Positions 23,558-35,370 of a stretch of 64,000 nucleotides of DNA are shown one piece after another. The position numbers and the translations under genes are program-made. Below the pieces are notes generated by a model, which worked only from the letters and a program-made list of their open reading frames with translations, ran no database searches and was not told the DNA's origin. Numbering within the stretch: the first letter of the stretch is position 1; every line of letters starts with the position of its first letter. This DNA is from Pristiophorus japonicus. Its lineage: Eukaryota. The stretch lies in the NCBI RefSeq assembly GCF_044704955.1, contig NC_091994.1, forward strand, positions 47,616,001 through 47,680,000, given 5' to 3'.

Positions 23558-26400
23558 CCCAAAGTGCCTTACCCCAGTCCAAGTGCATGCCTCCCCCAGC
23601 CGAAGTTCCTTACCGCAGTCCAAGTACATGCCTCCCCCAGCCAAAGTGCCTTACCCCACCCAGTCCAAGTGCATGCCTCCCCCAGCTGAAGTGCCTTACC
23701 CCACCCAATCTGTGCATGCCTCCCCCAGCCAATATGCCTTACCCCAGTCCAAGTGTATGCCTCCCCCAGCCAAAGTGCCTGCCTCCCCCAGCCAAAGTGC
23801 CTTACCCCAGTCCAAGTACTTCACTCCCCCAGCCGAAGTGCCTTACCCCAGTCCAAGTGCATGCCTCCCCAGCAAAAATGCCTTACCTCAGTCCAACTAT
23901 ATCCCTCCTCCAGCCAAAGTGCCTTACCCCAGCAGAAGTGAATGCCTGCCCCAGCCAAATTGCCTTACCTCAGTTCAAGTTTATGCTTCCCGCAGCCGAA
24001 GTGCCTTACCCCAGTCGAAGTGCATGCCAAACCGCAGCCGAAGTGCTGTACCCCAGCACAATGCATGCCTGCCCCTACCAATGTGCGTTACTCCAATCCA
24101 AGTACGTTATAATGTACATTAACGAATTAGATAAAGGAATAGAGTGTAATATCTCCAAGTTTGCGGATGACACTAAACTGGGTGGCGGTGTGAGCTGTGA
24201 GGAGGACGCTAAGAGGCTGCAGGGTGACTTGGACAGGTTTGGTGAGTGGGCAAATACATGGCAGATGCAGTATAATGTGGATAAATGTGAGGTTATCCAT
24301 TTTGGGGGCAAAAACACGAAGGCAGAATATTATCTGACTGGCGGCAGACTAGGAAAAGGGGAGGTGCAACGAGACCTGGGTGTCATGGTTCATCAGTCAC
24401 TGAAAGTGGGCATGCAGGTACAGCAGGCGGTAAAGAAGGCAAATGGTATGTTGGCCTTCATAGCTAGGGGATTTGAGTATAGAAGCAGGGAGGTCTTAAT
24501 GCAGTTGTACAGGGTCTTCGTGAGGCCTCGCCTGAAATATTGTGTTCAGTTTTGGTCTCCTAGTTTGAGGAAAGACGTTCTTGCTATTGAGTGCAGCGAA
24601 GGTTCACCAGACTGATTCCAGGGATGGCTGGGCTGTCATATGAGGAGAGACTGGATCAACTGGGCCTTTATTCACTGGAGTTTAGAAGGATGAGAGGGGA
24701 TCTCATAGAAACGTATAAGATTCTGACGGGACTGGACATGATAGATGCGGGAAGAATGTTCCCGATGTTGGGGAAGTCCAGAACCAGGGGACAGTCATAG
24801 GATAAGGGGTAGGCCATTTAGGACTGAGATGAGGAGAAACTTCTTCACTCAGAGATTTGTTAACCTGTGGGATTCCCTGCCGCAGAGAGTTGTTGATGCC
24901 AGTTCACTGGATATCTTCAAGAAGGAGTTAGATATGGCCCTTACGGTTAAGGGGATCAAGGGGTATGGAGAGAAAGCAGGAAAGGGATACTGAAGGAATG
25001 ATCAGCCATGATCTTATTGAATGGCGGTGCAGGCTCGAAGGGCCGAATGACCTACTCCTGCACCTATTTTCTATGTTGTTATGTTTCCTCCCCCAGCCAA
25101 TGTACCTTACCCCAGTACGTGTATGCCTTCCCCAGCCAAGGTCCCGTCCCTCAGTGCAACTGTATGCCTCCCCTAGCCGAAATGCCTTATCCCAGTTCAA
25201 GTGCATGACTCCCCCAGCCAATGGGCCTTACCGAAGTCCAAATGCATGCCTCCCCCAGCTGAAGTGCCTTACCCCAGTCCAAGTACTTCCTTTCCCCAGC
25301 CGAATTGCCTTACCCCAGTCCAATTGCATGCCGCCCCCAGCCAAAGTGCCTTACCCAGCGCAAAGGCATGCCTGCCCCAGCCAAAGTGCCTTACCCCAGT
25401 TCAACTGTATGCCTCTCCGTGCCAAATTGCTGTGACTCAGCGCAAGTGCAAGCCTGTCCCAGCCAAAGTGCCTTGCCCCAGCCAAAGTGCATGCCTCTCC
25501 CTGCCAAATTTCCTTACCCCAGTCCAATTGCAAGCCAGTCCCCAGCCAAAGTGCTTTACCCCTGTCCAATTGCAAGCCTCCCCCAGCCGAAGTGCCTTAC
25601 CCCAGTCCAAGTGCATGCCGCCCCCAGCGAAATTGCCTTACCCCAGTCCAACTAATTACGTCCCCCTGCCAAAGTGCCTTACCCTAGTCCAATTGCATGC
25701 CTCCCCCAGCCAAAGTGCCCAACCCCAATCCAAGTGTATGTCTCCCCCAGCCAAAGTCCCATATCCCAGTGCAAGTTCATGCCTCCAGCAGCTAAAGTGC
25801 CTTACCCCAGTTCAAGTGTATACCGCCCCCAGCCGAAGTGCCTTACCCCAGTCCAAGTACTTCCCTCCACCAGCCGAAGTGCCTTACCCCAATCCAATAG
25901 CATGCCTCCCCCAGCCAAAGTGCCTTATCCCAGTCCGTGTATGCCTCCCCCAGCCGAAGTGTCTTACCCCAGTCCAAGTACTTCCCTCCACCAGCCGAAG
26001 TGCCTTACCCCAATCCAATAGCATGCCTCCCCTAGCCAAACTCCCGTACCCCAGTGCAAGTGCATGCCTGCCCCTGCCTAAGTGCCTTACCCCAGTCCAA
26101 TTGCATGTCTCCCCTAGCCGAAGTGCCTTACCCTAGGACAAGTGCATACCTCCACCAGCCTAAGTGCTGTACCCCAGTCCAAACGTATGCCTCCCCCAGC
26201 AAAACTGCTTTATCCGATTCCAGCTAGTTCCCTCCCCCAGCCAAAGTGCCTTACAACGGCCCCAGTCCAAGTGTATGCCTCCACCAGCCAAAGTGCCTTT
26301 CCTCAGTCCAACAAATTCCCTCCCCCAGCCAAATAGCCTTACCCCAGTCCAACTACTTCCCTCCCCCAGCCGAAGTGCCTTACCCAAACACATGCATCCT
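23558..26400. repeat. 41-bp minisatellite array (consensus CAGCCRAAGTGCCTTACCCCAGTCCAAGTGCATGCCTCCCC), split by a LINE
   Basis: Period of 41 (e.g. units at 25215 and 25256); two blocks at about 23558-24108 and 25085-26400. Confidence 0.92.
24110..25083 (+). mobile_element. 5'-truncated CR1-clade LINE inside the minisatellite
   Basis: ISKFADDTKLGG, WQMQYNVDKC, RRMRGDLIETYKI; TTTCTATG tail. Confidence 0.92.
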
Positions 26401-27012
26401 TCCCGCGCCCCCATAGATTGGGCATTGTGTATGGATTGTTAACAGGTTTATTGGGTATGAAGTGAATAGTGACAGTGTCGTGACTTCTGGATATCATCTA
26501 CTCCAACGATGTCCCTTGTAGGGGGTTGGAAGAATGTGATCCGCCTTTCCCGAGTGCCCTCTCTCCTCTCCAATCCCCGCCGCCGCCAGCCGCTCTCCAA
26601 CAGCCTCTCTCACTCGCAGCCCAAGGCTGTCCGACTCACCACCAGCCCACCAACTCCCTCCCGCTGCTCTAATGCCGCCACCGACGCTCGGGACTCGTGG
26701 CTCACGGAAGGCCCGGTCAGCCTAGAGAGTTCCGGGGGGGTGGGCGTAGCGAGTCCCGGGGCGGGTGGGAGGTGGGCCTAGCGAGTCCCAGGGCGAAGCC
26801 GGGCAGGCTGTGAGGAAAGCAGCTGACTCTCGGGGCGCAACTCCCGCCTCTCGGCACCACGTGGACAGAATGATTCGGGGCCCGGGAGGGGCGGTGGGCA
26901 GAGCTTGACAGGGGGCGGGGCTTGTCGCCTGTCAGTCAAAGAAAAGTGCAGCACAAATAGCTAGTCCCCTGCAGCAATGGCAGCTGTGACATCGCCCTTC
27001 ACACACTCCATC

Positions 27013-27435
27013 TCCATCATACGGTGGGGAAGAGCCACAGTTTAAAGCCCTTCTGCCACGATAAACCCAGGGGCTGGAATCAGTATAAAACTCCCCTCGG
27101 GCTGTACTTGTAAACTTTTTGTATACATAGAGCACCGTGATCTGAAAAAAACTATGTAGTGCCATGTATAATGCAAGTTCTGTTTGGTAATATATGTTGA
27201 AAAGAAATGTAACTGTACCCTCACTCATTCCATGTACCATATAGTGCCACGAGTAAATTAGTTTGATGACTGTATTACAATGTATCCTGGATTGTACTGA
27301 AATGTACCTCAAAATGTAAAGCAAGCAAATGTATTGCATGGAATTGCTGACCGCATCCAAATGTACTGAACTGTCTACCAATGTATTGTGCACATTTTTT
27401 ATATGAATAAAGTATATTTTGAAATTAAAAAAAAG
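27013..27435 (+). mobile_element. 5'-truncated poly(A) retroposon, probably a Tx1/L1 3' end
   Basis: AATAAA plus an A tail; 14-bp TSD TCACACACTCCATC at 26999-27012 and 27436-27449; starts with ..WGRATV-stop. Confidence 0.75.
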
Positions 27436-27545
27436 TCACACACTCCATCATGTTCAGGTCGACACGGGCTCTTCGGGAGTCATCCATCATTTCCAGACCG
27501 GTAATCCTGGGCTCCAAACTGTGTGCAGAGCACCGTACAATATTC

Positions 27546-28230
27546 ATAGAATCATAGAAATTTACAGCACGGAAGAGGCCATTTTGGCCCCTCATGCCTA
27601 ATCCCACTTTCCAGCTCTTGGACCGTAGCCCTGTAGCTAATGGCACTTTAAGTGTATATCCAAGTATTTTTTAAATGTGATGAGGGTTTCTGCCTCTACC
27701 ACCCTTTCAGGCAGTGAGTTCCAGACCCCCACTACCCCCTGGGAGAAGAAATTTCTCCCCATACCTCCTCTAAACCTCCCCTGAATTATTTTAAATCTAT
27801 GTCCCCTGGTTGTTGACCCCCTCTGCCAAGGGAAACAGGTCCTTCCTATCCACTCTATCCAGGCCCCTCATAATTGTATACACCTCAATCAGGAATGCCC
27901 TTAGCCTCCTCTGTTCCAAAGAAAACAGACCCAGCATCTCCAATCTTTCCTCATAGCCAAAATTCTTCAGTCCAGGCAACATTCTTGTAAATCTCACTGG
28001 TGATCAGAACTGCACACACTACTCCAGCATACAGATCAAGCATAACCTCCTTGCTCTTATATTCCATGCCTCGACTTATAAAGGCAAGTATTGCATAACC
28101 CTTCTTAAGCACCTTATCTACCTGGCCTGCTATCTTTAGGGATTTGTGGACCTGCATTACAAGGTCCCTTTGTTCCTCTACACTTTTCAGTGTTGTACCA
28201 TTTAATGTGTATTCCCTTGCCTTGATAGAC
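27546..28230 (-). mobile_element. CR1-clade LINE 3' fragment
   Basis: CATAGAAT tail; YEERLEMLGLFSLEQRRLR. Confidence 0.85.
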
Positions 28231-29520
28231 CTTGGTGGTGGACTCCTCCATGTTCCTTGACATTGCCAATAGGCTCCCTGGCAGGCTAGCCATTGCACCT
28301 AGCACTTCGGTCTGCATGCCAATCACCTTTCTGCTGAAGACCGACCCATCAAGGTCCTTAACTGAGTCTTGTGCAGCAGAAACCATGTGCGAACTCGCTC
28401 TCCGGGAAGCTGACCCGAGTTCCCTTTCACCCCTGGCCTTGCTGCAGCCCACTTGTGCCCGGTGCCTCACTCTGTGCAGATCCCGTTTCTATGCTAGCCT
28501 CTAAAATATGTGCAGTGCCAGTTTCTGAGCTACTTTCTGTGAGTGACAGATGCAGCAGCATCTTCTTCTTCTCTCCCCTCACTCTCGTGCATTGCCTCAG
28601 GGACAGGCTTCTCAGGTGCTTGTTGCTGATTATCTGCAAGCAGAAATGCAGAAGAATCGGGGTATGGTGAGGGGAGGGGGGGCATGAAGCAGGATACGCA
28701 TGCATACAGCATCAGCAGCTTGAACAGGAGAAGAGATTGTGGGATGAGGGGGAAGTGGGATGTGAGGAGAATTAGGAATGAGCATACCGTTGTTGTCCCC
28801 AAGGGATTCAACCTCGCTGGTTATCACGGCCGCTATGACCTGCCCCCCAATGATGTCCAGCACTCTCTCTTCCAGCAGGCTGAGGTCATAGTTGTCAGCC
28901 TACCCCCCACCTGTCTGCCGCTGCTCCCTCCGATGATGCGCGACCTTTGCCTGCAAGAGAAAGAGAAGTGCGTGAGTGAGTGTGGCGCAATGTGTTTGGG
29001 TGATGTGCCTGCCATAGTTGAATAGCTGTCAGTGTGCGCAAGGTGAGAGATGTGGGTGTGATGTTGCAGCAGTGGTAAGGTTGTGAGGGTGAAGTGAAGC
29101 TCTGATTGTAAGGTGTGAGTAGTGATGGGTAGAGATTTTTGGTAGGTGTGTGCTGGGGGTGTGGTACATGGAGCAGTGTGTGAGGCTTGTGGTGCAGATG
29201 GTGGGATATGGCATTTGCTGTCCTTGACCACCCGTGTGAGGTCATTAAACTTCAGCTGACACTGGATGGCTGACCTTGGGACCGCAGTGTTGGCCATGAC
29301 GTGGGCGTCTCTGTCCTGCCAGAGATTTCGCGAGGAGTGTGACGAGAGCTTCCTGCCAGTGTGGGGGAAGTGGACAGCCCGCCTCCTCTCCACGGCCATG
29401 ACCAGTGGCTCAAGAACCACTTCCAAGAATCTGCGGGCTCTCCCTGTGCTGATACTCCGCCATGGGTTTGCACTAACGTCTTCTTCCAGTTGCAGTTGTG
29501 AGGGGCTTGACAATGAGGTG
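28230..29520 (-). pseudogene. Myb/SANT-like DNA-binding gene remnant typical of PIF/Harbinger transposons
   Basis: RARRF..LEPLV.AVERRR..FP..GRK....LW.......PRSAIQCQLKFNDLTRVVK, followed by probable intron-separated exons. No transposase is seen. Confidence 0.65.
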
Positions 29521-29672
29521 CTGCAGCATTAGTGCATCTCCCCTTTAAGTACTGAATAAAGCCTGTAGCAAACATGACTGGGAATTAGACTGGACCCAAT
29601 ATTGGCCCATCTTGAGCGTTAAGTCAATGAGCAGCAGTTTTAGCGTGAAATCAAGACTATGATCATGATAAT

Positions 29673-31075
29673 TGTAGGGGAGGATGAAAACCCCCTCATT
29701 TTACCCAGAAGGAAAAGGGCTGTGGGATCTGTCTGTGCTACAATGTGAAATTGAAACCGAGACGGTTTGACCTTGGCAGAGCATTGATTGGACGGGGGAG
29801 GACACCGGAGGGCCAATGGTGGGACAGAATCAGCCCGAAGCATAGGGCTTTCAAGCCAATGGGAGAGCACTTGCTCGGAAACTGTGGGACTGACTCATCG
29901 CTATTATCGGGCTATTGTCTTCCCCATGTTTACACTATGGAAGGAAATTATGCAGACGTTCAGAAAACTAGGGATCCCAAAACAAACCAAGGGCCTACAC
30001 AATGGCTACAGGAGGCCAACCCAATCAAGCCCTACTCAAACCTTGAGTAGGTTAGAGAAAACTGAATTGGAGGGAAATTATGCAGACCTTCAGAAAACTA
30101 GGGAACCCAAAACAACCCAAGGGCCTACACAATGGCTACAGGAGGCCAACGCAATCAACACCCACTCAAACCTTGAGTAGGTTAACATCAGTGGAAAAAA
30201 CCCGCAATAATCTAAAACTGCTGCATTTTTCAAAATCACAAAGCCCACCAATGGGAAGGATCGATTTCAGCAGGAGAGGCGGACTGGATAATTTGGCTAT
30301 AAAAAGGGGTTTCTAATGCATTGTGTGTGGTTCCCTGCTCTTGTGATCCAACAACCTTCCTGACACCGAAGATAGAAGAAACAAACCACCAGACTGCAGA
30401 AGGAACAGTAGTGATATAACCTCCGGTTCCCAGAACTCCCAACTCAGTTAGGCCAGGAAAGGTGGGAGGTTGGGCATTGTACTGCTAAACTTGTGTAAAG
30501 ATTTTCGTTGTGTTCATTTAGTGGGATTTAGGGGGATTGTTTTGTTGGTGTATTGCTGTTTGTTGAGATATACCTTGTCAAATAAATTGGAAGCTGAAGT
30601 TCCTCTTGGAATCACCTTGTCTCAGTTCTATTGTAAGACTCCTGATCGTGAGTCGTATGTCAGAACAGTGTAAGGGAAGCTAGGAGCACCTCGAAAATGC
30701 TCAACTGTGTGTCACAGGCTAGGGAAGAAGGGGTTAGGAGTGTTTGACACTCACAAGTGCCTCACAGGCTAGGCATAAGCTGTGGGGGTGCACAAGTCTC
30801 AAAAACCCCCTTCATAAGCTGTGGACACAGTCTTTCCAGGGGTGCTCTTGCAGCACTCAGGGTACCTCACAGGCCAGGCATAAGCTGTAAGGGCAGAAGC
30901 CCAGAGAGATCGAAAACGCTCAACTGTGTGTCACAGGCTAGGGAAGAAGGGGTTAAGAGTGTTTAACACTCACAGTTGCCTCACAGGCTAGGCATAAGCT
31001 GTGAGGGCAGAAGCCCAGAGATAGACACCCAAGGCACAACAACACTCCCTGAGTTGGGAGTGAGAACCCCTTACA
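29673..31075 (+). mobile_element. Solo LTR of the same provirus family
   Basis: TGTAGGGG...CCCCTTACA; 4-bp TSD TAAT at 29669-29672 and 31076-31079; extra tandem copy of the U5 repeats. Confidence 0.95.
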
Positions 31076-32321
31076 TAATGAGGACTAAGCACGAATTTTG
31101 CAAGCTACCTAGACCATTTTGACCTGATGCAGCTTAACATCGTTGGGCCAGGACACTGTGCATTTTGTGGCCGTATCCAATTTCTGGGCCATTCTCCCTT
31201 TAAACAGCGAGGTAGAAACATAGAAACATAGAAACATAGAAAATAGGTGCAGGAGTAGGCCATTCAGCTCTTCGAGCCTGCACCATCATTCAATAAGATC
31301 ATGGCTGATCATTCAGTTACTGAAAGGAACATGTCAGATGGAACAGAAACCAAGATATTTGTGTAATGTGGCTATAAACTACAGACCTAGAGGGTTGGAC
31401 TCTGTTCTGGACAGTCCCTCTCCTTAAAATAACAGAGCACAGTTCCTGCCCGGATCCCAGGTGTGTGTCAGTCTCACTCCCACCCGGGGCAGCTGGTTTG
31501 GGCGTCACCAAACCTCCTTCAAATATTGGAAGCTGATTGGCCGAAGCCACCAACCGCGCAGTTGAGCTTCAACCAATCTCCTTTGGTATTTAAATGAGGT
31601 GCAATTGGCTCTCAATGACTTGATTCTGTGAAAACTGCAGCGACTCAGATAATACATTGTATTTAGCAGTTAGTTGAGTAGAATTTATAGTCATACTGGT
31701 CAGCTGCTGGTTGACAGCCGGTTAGAATATGATAGTCAGCTGGCTGGCACGTTAGTACTTCGGTAACTAGTTATAACTTCAGTCCCTTCCCTGTTAAGCA
31801 TGTTCACTCATGTTGGAGCACTGGTAATACACACACAGCAAAATTGTCTAAACACTAACTGAGGGGGTTCACCGACAGATTGAGTCAGGACTCTATGTGG
31901 GAGTCACACAGTAAGTGTCCCAGGGTGAGGAGCTTGCTGTATGGAGAATGTTTCAGATGGTTTCTCTGGGAGGGAGCTGCCAGTAACATGCGCTGTATCA
32001 GTGTGTGGTGCAGAAAGTGTCCCAGTCCTCCAGCTTTATAAGGTGTCTGTATTAATAAGAGAGCCACAAGCTGAGAGTACTGCATCAGACTGAGGTATGG
32101 CGGAGAGTTCTTGTTATTGGAGGAGTAACCTGCAATTTAAACTCCAGCCCAGGACAGATGAAGCAGAAACTGAGAAATATCAGGCAATAAACTATCTTCT
32201 GATTAAGATGTCAGTCAGTTGCTAACAGTGCTGAGGTGTCTCTGCCTCAATCTGACGGTCTCTGACGCTGAATGGGCGGATTTCCGATCCTTGCCCTGGT
32301 TGGTCAGTGTGAATGGCTCTA

Positions 32322-32361
32322 GTTTGCATGGATTTTCTGCCTGGTGTGAATGGGTCTATAA
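32322..32361 (+). promoter_or_regulatory. Putative IgL V promoter: octamer-like GTTTGCAT and TATA-like TATAA
   Basis: One mismatch to the light-chain octamer ATTTGCAT, about 100 nt upstream of the candidate leader ATG. Confidence 0.45.
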
Positions 32362-32427
32362 CGACTCAATGGGCAGCTGCTGCCACAGATACACTCAGGG
32401 AAGGCAGGCAGCTTAGTGGCAGGAACG

Positions 32428-32469
32428 ATGCAGACGCTGTGCTTTTTCTGGTCTGTGGCTGGGCTGTCA
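32428..32469 (+). pseudogene. Candidate IgL leader exon (MQTLCFF...)
   Basis: Hydrophobic ATG segment about 100 nt before the V acceptor. The donor is weak (GTACAG) and its phase is uncertain. Confidence 0.4.
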
Positions 32470-32570
32470 GTACAGACACTGAACTCTGCTCCTCCCGCAG
32501 CAGCATATGGGGCGCTTGGGGTCACTTTTAAAGAGTCAATGTGTAATGTTTAATCCCTGCTCTTTTACAG

Positions 32571-32903
32571 GCGGACAGTCTTAGTCTCAGACTCTGACTC
32601 AGCCTCCAGCCCTGACCGTGAAACTAGGGGACACGGCCACACTCGACTGTAACATTGGAACGGTTGATAGCAATAATGTTTATTGGTACAAGCAGACACC
32701 AGGAGCAGTTCCTCAATGGATCCTCTATTACCATCACTCTCTCAGTGCCCCAACCTGTGGTTCGGGGTTTACCAGCGACCGTTTCACATCGAATGTCAAC
32801 AGCGGCCACAACATTTACCAGTTAATCATAAAGTCCGTGGAGGTGAATGACGCTGCCGTCTATTACTGTGAAAAATGGTTTTCAGCAAGCAGTGCTTATG
32901 TAT
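32571..32903 (+). pseudogene. Ig light-chain V exon, sigma-type
   Basis: TTTTACAG acceptor; QTLTQPP..TATLDCNIGTV..WYKQTPG.VPQ..long CDR2..GSGF..DAAVYYC. In-frame TAG at 32582. Confidence 0.93.
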
Positions 32904-32929
32904 CACAGTGACAGAAGGTAACAAAAACT
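32904..32929 (+). promoter_or_regulatory. V recombination signal (12-type, spacer only 10 nt)
   Basis: CACAGTG-ACAGAAGGTA-ACAAAAACT. Confidence 0.9.
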
Positions 32930-33238
32930 GGGAGTAGCAAATGTTATACACTTAACATTTTGCATCTGAAAACATTCTAATGTTTTACATTTCATAAAAT
33001 CACTTTAATGTTTTTTTTTTATACAATATTTTTCAATTTATCCCATTTCAGACTTGGGAGCATTGAGTCTCACTGCCCAGTATTGGGTGTTGCTGACCTT
33101 TAATGTCAGTGTGTGGATGTTGCTGAGAGTTCATTCCTTCCTGTCCCACACCAGCTGGGACACTCGCAATACATGGAGTCTGATTAATGCTGGCACTGGA
33201 GCTTCTGAATGTGTTTTCTGTCTGATTCCAGGGTCCTG

Positions 33239-33277
33239 GGTAATTGTATGGACTGAACCCTAGAACATCTCACTGTG
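33239..33277 (+). promoter_or_regulatory. J recombination signal (23-nt spacer)
   Basis: GGTAATTGT-23 nt-CACTGTG. Confidence 0.9.
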
Positions 33278-33314
33278 GGGGTGTTCGGCAAAGGGACCAA
33301 GCTCTTTGTAGCAG
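33278..33314 (+). other. Ig light-chain J segment
   Basis: GVFGKGTKLFVA (FGxG motif) followed by a phase-1 GTAAGT donor. Confidence 0.95.
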
Positions 33315-33789
33315 GTAAGTGGCTGGGAAATCCCTCCTGCAAGGACTCTGTGTTTGAACATTTAGACATTCATTAATAATTTAAACTATTATTTCTACTA
33401 TTTGTTAGACATTAATTTGAGTGAAAATGCTGATTGCAGTACAATCCTGTTTAGTGTCTAGTACTAGCTCTGTTAATTAGTGCTGTGTAATTTTTGAATT
33501 CTAATTGAATTGTTTCCCAAAATTATCTGAAGATTAATTGTTAAACAGTTGATGCAGATAGAATCTGGGTCACGGTGTCTGGTGCAGTTTATTCCAAACC
33601 TGGATGGAGGGCAGTGCTGGAGAAAGGGTTAAATGATTTTCCCCTCAACCCCACCCCACTCCTCCCATGGTTGAGCTGCTTTAGTTAACAATGGTAGGAA
33701 TGTTTTCAACATTAGCTGGATTGGGATGGATTATACTGAAGACATATGTGGTTTGGTTATTGCTACTGAATCAAGTTTGTTCCACTCCA

Positions 33790-35370
33790 TACTAGGCTGA
33801 CACTCCAGTTCCATATAGAGGGAATGCTGAACTGTCAGAGGACATCTTTGGCTGAGATGTCTGAAAGATGTCTGCTTCCTCGGGTAGATGTAAAATATCT
33901 CGTGGCACTATGTTGAGAGCAGAGGTTATCCATGGTGTTCGGTCAATATTTATCCATCGATCAACATCATTGGTTATCAAATTGCTGTTTGTGGGACTTG
34001 CTGTGTGTAATTTAGCTACCATGTTTTCTACATTACAAAAGTGACTACTCTCTTTTTAAAGTACATAATTGGCTATAAAGCCCTTTGGAACATCATGAAA
34101 GGTGCTATATAAATGCAAGTGTTTCTATTACATTAAAACATTGAAAAATAAATTGCATTGATGTAGCACCTTTTAAATGAATCTAGGGCAGAGATATCTG
34201 GTATTACTACACCTTTTTAATAATTAGTTATAAAATTGTGTAGTACTGAGGTCAGATAACTATAGTAATATCTATATTCAAGAAGGGGGATAGAACATGT
34301 CCTGGGAAGTATAGACCAATCAGCTTAACATCGGTGGTAGGAAAAATAATTGAATCTCTACTAAAGGAGAAAAAAATCTAAACTAAAAAATATAATGAAG
34401 TCAGCATGGATTTCAAAAGGGAAATTCTTGCTTGACCAACCTTATTGAAATTTTTGAAGATATAACAGAGGGAGTGAACAATGGTAATGAAGTAGATGTA
34501 ATTTATCTAGATTTTCAAAAGGGCTTGGATAAGATACCCCATAATAGACTGATGAGCAAGGTCAGAGAACACGGAGTGAGGGGACAACTAGCGGAATGGA
34601 TCATTATCTGGCTTCAGGACAGAAAGTGGAGAGTAGGAGTAAAGGGTAGCTATTCACAGTGGCAGAAGGTGGGTAGTGGTGCCCCACAAGGATCAGTGCT
34701 GGGACCACTGTTCATTCAACCGATTTAGACTTTGGAATTAAAAACACAATTTTCTAAATTTGCATTTGGCACCAAATAAGGGAGAGGTGAGTGGTCGATA
34801 CCAAGGAGTACTGCAATAAATTACAGGAGGACATTAATAAACTTGCAGAATGGCCATATCATTGGCAGATGAAGTTCAACACAAATAATTGTGAGGGTTT
34901 TCATTTTGGTAGGAAAAACAGGGAGGTCCTGTATTACTTGGAGGGTGTGAGTCTAGGTGGGTAGAGGAACAAAGGGATCTGAGTACAAATTCATATCTGT
35001 AAAGGTTGTGACACAGGTTAGCAAGGCCATTACAAAAAAAAAGCAAACCAAGCACTGGGGTTTATTTCTAGAGGTATAGAATTGAAAAGTAGGGAAGTTA
35101 TGCTAAACTTGTATTGAACCTTGGTTCGACCACACTTGCACTGTACAGTTCTGGTTGCCATATTATTATAAAAAGAATAGAGGCACTGGAGAGGGCGTGG
35201 AGAAGATTTACAAGGATGATGCCTGAAGTGAGGGTATACATATCAGGAAAGGATGAACAGGCTGGGTCTCTTATCTTGAACAAAGGTGGCTGAGGAGTGA
35301 CCGATTAGAGGTCTTTTAAACTATGAAGGGTTTTGATAGTCGATGGAGAGAATGTTTCCACTTGTAGGGA
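33790..35370 (+). mobile_element. SINE remnant (about 33790-34125) plus CR1 ORF2 fragment in the J-C intron
   Basis: GGTGCTATATAAATGCAAG-type tail; DVIYLDFQKGLDKIPH and PQGSVLGP. Confidence 0.75.

Noticed and set aside
23583-26136. Long Pro/Cys-rich ORFs resembling small proline-rich or keratin-associated proteins, or a CRISPR-like array
   Set aside because: These are translations of a 41-bp repeat (not a multiple of 3), open in several frames, with no unique spacers.
28833-29513. Functional host MSANTD-like gene
   Set aside because: The motifs are degenerate, the exons are broken and the context is transposon-rich, so a Harbinger remnant is the better explanation.
32030-32345. Alternative leader exons or an upstream TATA (TTTATAA at about 32035, MGGFPILALV, MALVCMDFLP)
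   Set aside because: They give short or poor signal peptides and lie at or upstream of the octamer-like site. They cannot be supported without transcripts.
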